Shown one piece after another: positions 40,338 to 50,100 of a stretch of DNA of 64,000 bases. Both the position numbers and the translations under genes were made by a program. The notes under the pieces are model-generated. The model was not told the origin of the DNA. It was given only the letters and a program-made list of their open reading frames with translations, and made no database searches. The stretch comes from Fibrobacter sp. (lineage in GTDB: Bacteria; Fibrobacterota; Fibrobacteria; Fibrobacterales; Fibrobacteraceae). Numbering within the stretch: position 1 is the stretch's first letter; each line of letters begins with the position of its first letter. The stretch is taken from positions 15,989 to 79,988 of the forward strand of contig JAZRXW010000064.1 in NCBI GenBank assembly GCA_045600425.1. The letters run 5' to 3'.

Positions 40338-41334
40338 AAGCCGCGGGATTGGTAACATACTTACCGGCATCTTCTGCAGATACATAGCCCGCCTGGACCA
40401 GGCTGGCAAGGCAATCGTCCATCAACATCATGCCTTCAGAACCGGAGGCGGAAATGACAGAAGGAATAGAGAACTGTTCACCACTGCGGATTCGGGAAGC
40501 CACATTCTGGGAACCCAGAAGAATTTCCCAAGCAGAAACACTTGCCCCCTGGGTGCCGGGAACAAGACGCTGCACCACAACAGCCTTAAGAACAGAAGCT
40601 AGCATATTGCGAGCCAGGTCCTTGTCCTCTGCTGAGATTTCGGATAGAAGAGCTTCCAATGCACCGACGGAATTACCTGCGGTTACAGTCACAACCACCA
40701 AAGCCCCAGACTCGGCAGCTCGTAAAATAGGTACCAGAGATTCGGGTTCAAAGTCTCCCATCCAAATCAAGTCAGACCCGCTGCGAAGAGCCTGGTCAAT
40801 TTTTTCCTTAGTGGAACTGGAGGAGCCATCTTTTAACAGCAAGCTTTCGCCAAGCTTTACAGGCAGTTCCATAACCGGAGCCAGAAGGCTTACGCGAAGA
40901 ATACCGGACTGGCAAATGGAAGAAACAAAGGACGTAGCCGTTGTAGTCTTTCCACTACAAGAAGGACCTGCAAATACAACAAGACCGGAATTCAAACCCA
41001 GCAAACTATTCAAGGATTCTGGAGCCCCAAGGGAAACAAAATCCGGACATTCGTCCAACAGGGGGCGGAACACCGCCGAATTTCCCAAAGCCGTACGGTT
41101 GTAACGGACACGCCACTTGGAACCACTCCAGGGACCGCCAAGTACATAGCCAGACTCGCCATCCATGGAACCCACAAAGGATCTCAGTTCACCCATTTCC
41201 ACCACGGGGGCTTCGGGAATAACACAAACCTTTCCGGAAAGTCGTACAGCTGAAGAGACTCCCTCAGTCACAATCAATTCACTCGCACCTACATTCAGGG
41301 CGTATTCCAACAAGGATTCAATTTCAGTAGCCAT
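40330..41334 (-). CDS. PilT/PilU-like ATPase, degenerate
   Basis: LLEYALNVGASELIV, GLVVFAGPSCSGKTTT, ALRSGSDLI, LKAVVVQRLVP, GMMLMDDCL. Confidence 0.85.
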   Translation of the reverse strand: MATEIESLLEYALNVGASELIVTEGVSSAVRLSGKVCVIPEAPVVEMGELRSFVGSMDGESGYVLGGPWSGSKWRVRYNRTALGNSAVFRPLLDECPDFVSLGAPESLNSLLGLNSGLVVFAGPSCSGKTTTATSFVSSICQSGILRVSLLAPVMELPVKLGESLLLKDGSSSSTKEKIDQALRSGSDLIWMGDFEPESLVPILRAAESGALVVVTVTAGNSVGALEALLSEISAEDKDLARNMLASVLKAVVVQRLVPGTQGASVSAWEILLGSQNVASRIRSGEQFSIPSVISASGSEGMMLMDDCLASLVQAGYVSAEDAGKYVTNPAAFG

Positions 41335-41343
41335 ATGATACCC

Positions 41344-42948
41344 CTAGTTTGCAGGACGATAAGCAGCAAAACGCCTAATGTCGCAAGAACGTTTCCAGGC
41401 TTCTACACCTTCGATATAACCGGACTCCACACATTTTTGCAAGGAATCGTCCAGCGTGATGCCCTGATCCTTTTGGCTGCTAATGGCGGCGGCAATCTGG
41501 GCGCAATCTCCATGACGTAAGAGATTTGCCAAAGGAGCTGTCATCTTGACCGCTTCCACAGCAAGGACCTGTCCCTGATTTTGTACCACAGGAACAAGAT
41601 GCTGAACAATGATTCCCTTCAGCTGATCGGCCAAGGCGTTCTGCAAAGACACACGATTCTTTTCGGGAACGGAGTAGAGAATCTTGGAAAGGAGCGAAAG
41701 AATATTATTGCCAGACATTACGGCAAAGACTAAAGCCCCTGTATTTGCAGCCTTCAGAAGAGCTTCCAGTTCCTCTTGTTTTTCCACATGGTCAAACAAA
41801 ATCACATCGGCTCCAGACAACACCGCCATATTTATGCCTTCTAATCCGTTATGGATATGAAGTCCTACTTCACGCTGGGCCACAGCACCCTGGGGATTGC
41901 GCAGAATATGTTCGATGGGTTTTTCTACAGTCTGGATATAGACGTTGCGCTTTGCCGCAATATCTTCGGCAAAGGACATCATGGTCGTGGAGCGGCCGCT
42001 GGCTGCAGGACCTGCAATCAACACAAGTCCGCTGTTCAAATCCGAGAACTGACTGCAGAACGGAGGCAGGTAAAGATTTTCAAGAGAGGATGATTCCGTA
42101 GGAATGACCCTCAAGGAAATACTAGGAATGGTCTCGTTCCAAGTAACAGTAATGCGGGCTCGGCCAGCGCCGGGAAGTCCGATGGTCTTGCTGAAATTTT
42201 TTCCCGCTACAATTTTATAGCCGTCTGAGAATCCCTTAGCCGCTTCGTCCAAACGATCGCTGATACGGGACAAATCCAAGGGCTGTTCCGAAGCGACAAA
42301 CAAGGTTCCAGACTGTCGCATAACCACAGGTCTATCCGGAAACAGATAAATATCCGTAGCATTAAACTTGCGGGCAAAGGCCAGTAATTGCGGTAGCTTC
42401 GTCATAGGACGAATCGTCTCGGGAGCTTCTACGGGAGCCCCTTCTCCCGTTGCCACGGCAAAACGCCTAGGCAGCTTACCTTCATTTTCTTCGTCAGATT
42501 CGGAGTCCACTTCAGACTGCACCTGAACAGTCCCCATGCTTGTTCCTTCAAGACCTGCAACAGCCTCCACTTCCACTGTGGAAGGTGCAGCCGATTCACC
42601 ATAAGGATTATTACCCTCAATCTGGAGTGCAGGAGGTTCGCTAGGAGCAGGGGCCGCTTCACGAACGGCAGGCTTTGGAGCCGGAGCGGCAGGAGCAGCG
42701 GGAGCAGCGACAGCGGCAGGTGCCGGAGCGGGAGCAGCGACAGCGGCGGCCTGAGCACTGGCCTTGGCCTCTAGATTTTTTACAAATGCAAGAACCTTGG
42801 CGTAAGTTCCAGAAGAGATGACTCCCGCCTCTACAAGAACCTGACCAATATCCTTTTGATCAGAAACTCTAGACCAACAAGCAGAAATCTGAGCCTCGGT
42901 CACAACCTTATTGTGCACAAGGACTTTTGCCATATACTGATTTCTCAT
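41344..42948 (-). CDS. PilT/PilU-like ATPase, degenerate, with N-terminal helical domain and Ala/Pro linker
   Basis: GLVLIAGPAASGRSTT, TVEKPIEH, VAQREVG, LKGIIVQHLVP, GITLDDSL. Confidence 0.85.
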   Translation of the reverse strand: MRNQYMAKVLVHNKVVTEAQISACWSRVSDQKDIGQVLVEAGVISSGTYAKVLAFVKNLEAKASAQAAAVAAPAPAPAAVAAPAAPAAPAPKPAVREAAPAPSEPPALQIEGNNPYGESAAPSTVEVEAVAGLEGTSMGTVQVQSEVDSESDEENEGKLPRRFAVATGEGAPVEAPETIRPMTKLPQLLAFARKFNATDIYLFPDRPVVMRQSGTLFVASEQPLDLSRISDRLDEAAKGFSDGYKIVAGKNFSKTIGLPGAGRARITVTWNETIPSISLRVIPTESSSLENLYLPPFCSQFSDLNSGLVLIAGPAASGRSTTMMSFAEDIAAKRNVYIQTVEKPIEHILRNPQGAVAQREVGLHIHNGLEGINMAVLSGADVILFDHVEKQEELEALLKAANTGALVFAVMSGNNILSLLSKILYSVPEKNRVSLQNALADQLKGIIVQHLVPVVQNQGQVLAVEAVKMTAPLANLLRHGDCAQIAAAISSQKDQGITLDDSLQKCVESGYIEGVEAWKRSCDIRRFAAYRPAN

Positions 42949-43748
42949 AGGAAATCCCTCCGGCTAAACCACCAACTGGCGATTGCTAAAAACACGCCTA
43001 CGTAACCCAAGGCATACACGGTATTCCAGAACAAGTACATATCCGGAAGAGCCACCCCATGAACCACATAGTTCGTCACATTATATCGGTAAAGTCCAGG
43101 GAACACAGCATGAATCACTGTGGCAATTTTTTCGAACAGAGCACTGGAAGTTTCGCCCACATCGCCTACGCGAGAAGCAAAGCGGACCTGTTCTAAAAGC
43201 TGGTTGCTCAAGTGACCCGCCATATAAACGCCCAAGGTAAACAGGGCACTGAGAATGGTGCTGCTGAAACTGCTAAAGAGTAGAGCTACCGCAATAATGA
43301 CAGCCATCTCGCAGAAAATCAAATACACAGCGTTCAAGAGGCTTAAAGTAGGTTCAGACCCCGTAAGCAACAGCGTTACAAAAAAGACGAGGGTCAGCAA
43401 CACCAGATGAACAGCCACCACAGATAGTAGACCGAGGTACTTACCCACAATGAAAGCCACCCTGCTAATAGGCTTGGACAGCAAAGTCAAGACGGTCCGG
43501 CGTTGGATTTCCTTTTGGACAAGGCTGATACCCACAAAGATGGAAATCAGCAAACCGGACAAATTCATAATGGTCAAGGTGGTTGACTTGATCACATAGG
43601 CGCGGTCAAAAACGGACCACTCGCCAAGGACAATGCTGAACAGGGCAAGAGCTACCGCAAAGAACCCAATGTTATAAAGAATCTTATCTCGAATGGATTC
43701 CCTAAAAGTATTCTGGGCAATTACAAAAATATGTTTAAGCATCTGCAC
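42945..43748 (-). CDS. ABC-2 type permease (PilI-like)
   Basis: IAQNTFRESIRDKILY, KEIQRRTVLTLLSKPISR...GKYLG, FSRRDF. Six TM segments. Confidence 0.88.
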   Translation of the reverse strand: MQMLKHIFVIAQNTFRESIRDKILYNIGFFAVALALFSIVLGEWSVFDRAYVIKSTTLTIMNLSGLLISIFVGISLVQKEIQRRTVLTLLSKPISRVAFIVGKYLGLLSVVAVHLVLLTLVFFVTLLLTGSEPTLSLLNAVYLIFCEMAVIIAVALLFSSFSSTILSALFTLGVYMAGHLSNQLLEQVRFASRVGDVGETSSALFEKIATVIHAVFPGLYRYNVTNYVVHGVALPDMYLFWNTVYALGYVGVFLAIASWWFSRRDFL

Positions 43749-44646
43749 GGGCGATTTCCTCCGTTAAGATGTCCTCGAGACTTGGACGCTTGTGATCCAC
43801 ACGTTCAATAGAAAGGGAACGGTCCAGACAGAACTGCAAGAAACGATTGCGAGCCTCGTCATCGCTGCAAATCACCTCCTGAGGATGACCCGCCGAGGAC
43901 ACACCCTTGGGAAGTTCTGCAGAAGGTACTGCCTGGCGAGTGCGAACATGATATTCCACACTGCATGAACTGGTAATATCATCAACAGTCCCCTGACGGA
44001 CAATGCGACCATCCACAACCATAGCCACACGATGACTAATGGCTTCCACATCGCTTAACAAGTGACTCGAGTAAAACACAGTGACACCAATGCGGTTCAG
44101 TTCCTGTATAGCCTCACGAACGTCGCGACGGCCAACCGGGTCCAAGCCGCTCATAGGTTCATCGAGAATCAAAAGCTTGGGTTTGCTCAAGATGGACTGA
44201 GCAATCCCTACACGCTGCATCATACCCTTAGAGTAAGAACGCAACCTGCGATCAATCCAATCCTTGTCGGCGTGAAGAAGTTCCAGAGCCCACTGGATAC
44301 GCTTATCCAGTTCCGAACCCTGCAGCCCCACCAGCTTTCCATAAAACTTGAGAAGTTCACGACCCGTCAGGTAATCGTAAAAATAGGGCTGTTCCGGAGT
44401 ATACCCAATGAACTCGCGGCTTTTTACACTGCGGGGACTAATACCGTTAATAAGAACACTGCCGGAATCATACTTTAAAAGACCTGTCAAGACCTTAATG
44501 GTAGTCGATTTTCCAGCACCATTAGGACCGATAAAACCAAAGACCTCACCGGCATTGACGTTAAAGGAAACATCCTTCAAAGCCTGCTTGGGCTTCATAA
44601 AAAAGCCGCTTCGGTAGGTCTTATGCAAATGTTCAATTTTGATCAT
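43735..44646 (-). CDS. ABC transporter ATP-binding protein
   Basis: GPNGAGKST, YSKGMMQRVG, LILDEP, SSH. Confidence 0.95.
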   Translation of the reverse strand: MIKIEHLHKTYRSGFFMKPKQALKDVSFNVNAGEVFGFIGPNGAGKSTTIKVLTGLLKYDSGSVLINGISPRSVKSREFIGYTPEQPYFYDYLTGRELLKFYGKLVGLQGSELDKRIQWALELLHADKDWIDRRLRSYSKGMMQRVGIAQSILSKPKLLILDEPMSGLDPVGRRDVREAIQELNRIGVTVFYSSHLLSDVEAISHRVAMVVDGRIVRQGTVDDITSSCSVEYHVRTRQAVPSAELPKGVSSAGHPQEVICSDDEARNRFLQFCLDRSLSIERVDHKRPSLEDILTEEIARADA

Positions 44647-44657
44647 CTGTAAAATCC

Positions 44658-44933
44658 TTAACCCTGGTCGGAGCCTTCTTTATGGGTTCCAAAAGCACGG
44701 GCCTGAGCCTCTTCAATTTCGCGACGTCTACGATCGGCCTTTTCCTTCTTGTTTATGAAGAAATAGACAATGGCACCCACTGCGTAGATTGAAACGCCTG
44801 TATAGAAAAAAGGATTAATGGTTGTGGCTCCAGGGAACAAGTTTACAATCAATCCCTGCCCGAACAAGCTGATGAGAACCAATATAAAACCCAGTCCTCT
44901 AAGGACAAATGTGGCAATAGTCAATTTACGCAT
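44658..44933 (-). CDS. Small two-TM membrane protein
   Basis: GAGG SD, two hydrophobic helices and a charged tail. Ends 11 nt before the ABC ATPase start. Confidence 0.72.
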   Translation of the reverse strand: MRKLTIATFVLRGLGFILVLISLFGQGLIVNLFPGATTINPFFYTGVSIYAVGAIVYFFINKKEKADRRRREIEEAQARAFGTHKEGSDQG

Positions 44934-45072
44934 TCGTATACCTCAAAACGACGCTTGTAGAAAGCGCATCTTTTTATGGGGAAAAATACACTTTTTAGAG
45001 AGGAAAAAATCAGGAGTGTTTTCGAAATAACGATAAAAAATGGGGTTCTTCGATAATTTTAGACGGTAAAAC

Positions 45073-45106
45073 AAAAAGAACCCCCACGCCTAACGCAGGG
45101 ATTCTT
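45073..45106 (-). terminator. Probable intrinsic terminator after the DASS gene
   Basis: Minus strand reads AAGAATCCCTGCG-TTAGG-CGTGGGGGTTCTTTTT. Confidence 0.65.
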
Positions 45107-45144
45107 GAAAATGCAATTTTAAAGTCTTCTAGACTGCTATCACC

Positions 45145-46944
45145 TTACTTTGCAGCAGGAGCTTCAGCCTTGGGGGCTTCTACGGCAGAGGGAGCAGCCT
45201 TGACCTCTTCAGCCTTGGGGGCTTCGGCAGCAGCGGGAGCGGCCTTGACTTCTTCAGCCTTAACTTCTTCAGCCTTAGGGGCTTCTACGGTTGCAGCAGA
45301 ATCAGCCGGGAGGGCCACGGTGCTATCAGCCACAGCGGACTGGACAGCAGCACTTTCTGTAGCAGGAGCGGCAGGTGCGGGTGCAGCAGCTTCAACCTTA
45401 GCAGCGGGAGCTGCATCGGCAGCCTTAGGAACCGGAGCACCGAAGAACTGTACCTTAGCCAAGATGATCATCATGCCCCAGGAGAGCACGAGACCCAAAA
45501 GACCCATCACAACGCCAGTGATTGCCATACCCTTGGTATCGGTATAACCGGTAGCGTGGGCAAGAGCGTTAGGCGGAGTGGAAATCGGCATGGACATACC
45601 GAGAGAAGAAGCGAAAGCCACAGAAACCAGGAGAGCGGTAACGCCACCGAGACCGGTGAGGTTGTCCTGGCAGGCAATGCCCACGGCGCAAAGAATAGGA
45701 ACGAGAAGAGTTGCAGTAGAGGTATGGCTCATGAAGTTAGCCATGAACAAGCAGATGATACCGCAACCCACCATGAGAGCAACCGGAGACCAAGTTGCAA
45801 ACGGAATGGTCTTGATCAAGTGAGCGGCAAGACCTGTAGCGTTGAGGCCTACACCCAGAGCGAAACCACCAGCAACCAACCACAGAACGTCCCAGCTCAT
45901 TTCGTTCAGGTCCTTCTTGGTAATCACACCAGTCAGGGCGAACACAGCCATAGGAATCATAGCAATAGCGTTATCGTTGATACCGTGAACATTCTTACCA
46001 GTGACCCACATAAGAACGCAAACAACAAAGGTAATGTAAACAATGATTGCCTTGGGGCTGGTATCAAACTTGCCAGCACCTTCGATATTCAGGACCATTT
46101 CCTTCATCTTGATGGGGTAAATCTTCATGAGAAGAACCCAAGCCACAACCATAAGGATAATCACATAAGGAACACCGAAAGCCATCCACTGACCGAAGGA
46201 AACCGGGTTTGCAGCCAGGTCACCGCGGGCGATAGCGTCGTTCAGGGCGCCAAGAGCGATAGCGTTAGGAGGAGTACCGATGGGGGTACCCATACCACCG
46301 ATGTTTGCACCGAGAGGAATAGCAAGAGCGAAGGCAGCCTTACCGCGGTCGTTTTCGTCAAAGAGCTTCAGCACCGGAGCAAGGATAGCAAGCATCATTG
46401 CGGCGGTAGCGGTGTTGCTCATGAACATAGAGAACACAGCGGTGATGAGCATGAGGCCAAGAAGCACGAACTTCGGGTTCTTTCCGAAGGGCTTCAGGAG
46501 CACGCGAGCCAGGTTCAGGTCCAGCTTGTACTTGGTTGCTGCGGCAGCCAGGAAGAATCCACCCAGGAACAACATGATGATGGGGTTTGCAAAAGTAGCC
46601 ATAATGGACTTGTGGCTAATCATGGTGACGCCATCAACCTTGAAGGGAGCCAAGGAGGAATCAGACATGGTGATGATCATGAGAACGATCACCAGCATGG
46701 AAGTGGACCAAATCGGGAACGGTTGAAGAATCCAGAAAAGAGCAGCCATGACGAAAACGCCAATGACGCGGATTTCCAGCGGATTCAAGATTCCCATGGG
46801 ACTTGCGGCGTCGAAACCGAGCTGTTCGTACGGCAAGTAGAGGGCAACAATTGCAAGAATTGTTGCGATAACGAACTTGATGAACTTAGCTTTGGTAAAT
46901 TCATCCTTTTTTTTAGCGTTTGTCATAGTGTTAGCCTTTGTCAT
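45145..46944 (-). CDS. SLC13/DASS-family Na+/dicarboxylate or sulfate symporter with Ala/Glu/Pro/Lys tail
   Basis: SMFMSNTAT, GTPIGTPPNAI, NFMSHTSTA, MPISTPPNAL. Confidence 0.93.
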   Translation of the reverse strand: MTKANTMTNAKKKDEFTKAKFIKFVIATILAIVALYLPYEQLGFDAASPMGILNPLEIRVIGVFVMAALFWILQPFPIWSTSMLVIVLMIITMSDSSLAPFKVDGVTMISHKSIMATFANPIIMLFLGGFFLAAAATKYKLDLNLARVLLKPFGKNPKFVLLGLMLITAVFSMFMSNTATAAMMLAILAPVLKLFDENDRGKAAFALAIPLGANIGGMGTPIGTPPNAIALGALNDAIARGDLAANPVSFGQWMAFGVPYVIILMVVAWVLLMKIYPIKMKEMVLNIEGAGKFDTSPKAIIVYITFVVCVLMWVTGKNVHGINDNAIAMIPMAVFALTGVITKKDLNEMSWDVLWLVAGGFALGVGLNATGLAAHLIKTIPFATWSPVALMVGCGIICLFMANFMSHTSTATLLVPILCAVGIACQDNLTGLGGVTALLVSVAFASSLGMSMPISTPPNALAHATGYTDTKGMAITGVVMGLLGLVLSWGMMIILAKVQFFGAPVPKAADAAPAAKVEAAAPAPAAPATESAAVQSAVADSTVALPADSAATVEAPKAEEVKAEEVKAAPAAAEAPKAEEVKAAPSAVEAPKAEAPAAK

Positions 46945-47041
46945 ATGAGTGCGCCAAATTTAGAATATATGCTAGGATATGGCAATATTTGTAATGAATA
47001 AAATATGATGGTCTGTACGGCTCCATCAGCATTCAAAGACG

Positions 47042-47073
47042 AAAAAGACCCCCGGGAAACCCGGGAGTCTTTT
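47042..47073 (-). terminator. Intrinsic terminator after the giant gene
   Basis: AAAAAGACCCCCGGG-AAA-CCCGGGAGTCTTTT. Confidence 0.85.
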
Positions 47074-47107
47074 ATTCATATATTTGGCGTTTTTTAACTA
47101 ATTTCGC

Positions 47108-50100
47108 CTATTTTACCATCACCTTGCCAGCAATCTGCTGACTTGCCACGCGGACGCGGAGCATATAGAGACCGGAGCGAGGAGCGTTCAGGTTCAAAGC
47201 GTTACGTCCAGCGAGAGCCTTGCCGGAGACCGTAGCCAGGACCTGACCATCCAGGTTCATGATGTCAACCACCATGCGAGAGCCGGCCAGATTTTCGTCT
47301 ACGTCGAAGCCCACATGGATCTTACCCGGAGTCTGAGACATGCTCAAACCACCCAGAGAGCCAGCCAGGACATTGACGTTACCAGCCACCACACGAACGG
47401 TTGCGGTAGTGCCACGAGTGCTCAAGAGTACACGTACGTTTTCACCGTCGTTCATTTCTACGGTCTTGCCATCCACAGTGACAAACACGCGGTAACCCAA
47501 GCTCTTGACGCCAGCAATGCCGGACAGAGTCAAGTTACCCACACGTTCGCTGGAGGCGCTGAGGGCCAGCTGCCATTCATAGCTGTCGGATACAGCCTTG
47601 AAGGACTTGGACAGAGCCTTCTTGCCTTCCTTCACGGACAGGGTCACATGGTTACCCATAGCTTCAGGCGGTTTTTCGCTGATGAAGGGGTGGGTGCTCA
47701 CACCGATGACGTTCCAAGAGTCTTCCTTACCGTTGTTGTCGGAAAGAATTGCCTGGAGAGACCAGCGAGACTTGCTGTTAGCCTTAGCCAAGGCACGACG
47801 CTTAGTGACAGCCACGGCACCAGATTCCTTAGAGGATTCGACGTCTTCTTCGGAGACCTGCGGGAAGTCAGCCTTGACATCGGCTTCGAACTCAGGAACA
47901 CGCTTCAAGTGCCAATCCATCGGAGCACTAGTCCGTACCCAAGCAGCTTCATAAGGATTCAGGACGAGAGTTTCTTCGTAACCACCGGTTTCACTATTGA
48001 AGTGATAGAAGGTCACCTTGGATTCTTCATCCACATCCTTCACCTCGGACATATTGTCGTTGTAAAGGTTCAGGCTCCAACCATAGGGGTTAGCCACCAG
48101 GTTCCAGCCACTATAGAGACTATCCAGCTTCCAAGTTACATCACTTGTTGCAGAACCGTCTTCCAGCAAGGTCAAGTCACGACCTTCCAGAGAACTGTAC
48201 CAGTAACCGCGTCCCATGACAACGTCGTCACCCTGGTTGAAGGCCTTGTACTGCCAGAATTCACCAGGTTCACCAACTTCGTCCCACCAGTAGAATCTCG
48301 GGTCATCGTCCCAAACGATTGCGGAAGTATCCACAGCGTTCAAGCCAATCATCTGCCAAGAATCCTGCTTTACAGAGGCAATGACAGGTGCGATCGCAAG
48401 TTCGCTAGTCTTGACGGCTACGTCATTAGAGTCGGCAAGTTCTACGAAGATAGTGTATTCGCCCACATTGACAGGGAACATGGACCAGTTGAACTTGGCC
48501 GGAGTTTCGGTAATGGAATCCACAAGGACTGTATCCACCACAGCGTTCGCCTTAGCATCCATCATGACGATTCGAGCAGAAACCCCGCGGGTCACTTCGA
48601 ATTCGCTGGTAGCAAAGCTCAGGCGAACCGCATTTCCAGACTGTTCAAGGTTCAGGTCAACAATTTCCAGGTTCTTCTTGTTGGACTTGGAGTACACCGC
48701 CTTGAAGTCGGCACCGCTCAGACTGAAGGGCAGAACGTCACCGTCTCTCCTAGAGTAGACTTCGCTTTCGTTTCCTCTACGTGTAATGATCAGAGAGTCA
48801 AGCACATAGCTGGAATCCGGCAGGCTGCGAACCGTAAGGCTCAAGCCATTGAAGTCGGTGGGCAGCAACATGGTATTATCAGAAGCGAAGGTATGAACCA
48901 CTGCAGAGCGGTTGTCGTCAATGTTTCTGACTTCCACGAAGTCCACCAGACCGTGGGCACTTTCCAGAGAGACCCTTTCGTAGAATCCTGCATAAGAGCC
49001 AGTGACGCAAGCGTCGCTATTGACCCAACGTGCATCCATCACGTAGCCGTTTTCACCCAGTTCACCAGCCTGCAAGGCAAGTACCAGGGCGGCATTGAAG
49101 TCGCGATAAAGCGTGGTATCTTCGCCGAAGGTCCAGCCGGCGACGCAAGCATCGGCGGTATAGACATAGGCAGGAAGCTTAACCGTCTGAGTAGAATCAA
49201 AGTTGTAAGTATCTGCGGAGACCCAGCCATCACCGTAAATCACATCCTTGCGGTTGTTGTTCACGTTGAAGACCAGCTTGAAGTTTTCAGTCTTCACAGG
49301 CACTGCGATCGTCACATCTTCCTTGATGGTCAACTCGTTGTTTTCAATTACGGTAGATTCACCGCTCTTGTCCACAGTGTAGATTTCATCGTTTGAGGCA
49401 ATCAGCGTATAGCCGGTACCCACGATGAAGGCCACCTTGAAGTGGAAGCCGCCATCCACCACAGGAACGTCAAGACCGTTTTCACCCACTTCGTAGATGA
49501 CAGTATCGCCTTCCACCACCTGAGCCAAGGTCACGTTACCCACCTCAGGCTGATCGAAGCTGACCTTATAGGTTTCGACTTCCTGCTTTTCCCACACAGC
49601 ATACAGCTTTGTGGTATCGGCGGAAAGATACGGAATCAATTCTTCGTTCAAGTCGGTGTAGACCTTGCCTTCACCCTTCGGTTCCAGGCTCCATCCCACC
49701 AGCTTCTTGTCGGACTGGTAAATGGACGTTGTAAAGCTATCGGCAGAGGTAACATCCAGAACTGCCGTGCTACTCCAGTCAGAACCATAGAACACATTGT
49801 CCTTTCCGGCATTGACATCAAAGACGAAGTAGTAGTTGTCAATTGTCGTTGCAGCAGAAATCTTTGCCGTGCCGGAGATAGAGACCTGACCGCCATTTTC
49901 AACGGACTGGGCAGAGAATCTCTGGTCTACGGTCAAGGACTTGCCAGCCTTCAGCGTGTAGCCCCTACCGGTAGTAAACACCACCGTAAAGGTAAGGCCG
50001 CTTTCCACAGACGGAATCTTCAGACCGTTTTCACCAACCGGGAACACGGAACCGAAACCGTTTACGTTCTGGCTAATCACGATGGAACCTGCACTCAGGC

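Noticed and set aside
45556-47001. 481-aa plus-strand ORF
   Set aside because: His/Gln-rich antisense shadow of the hydrophobic DASS transporter.
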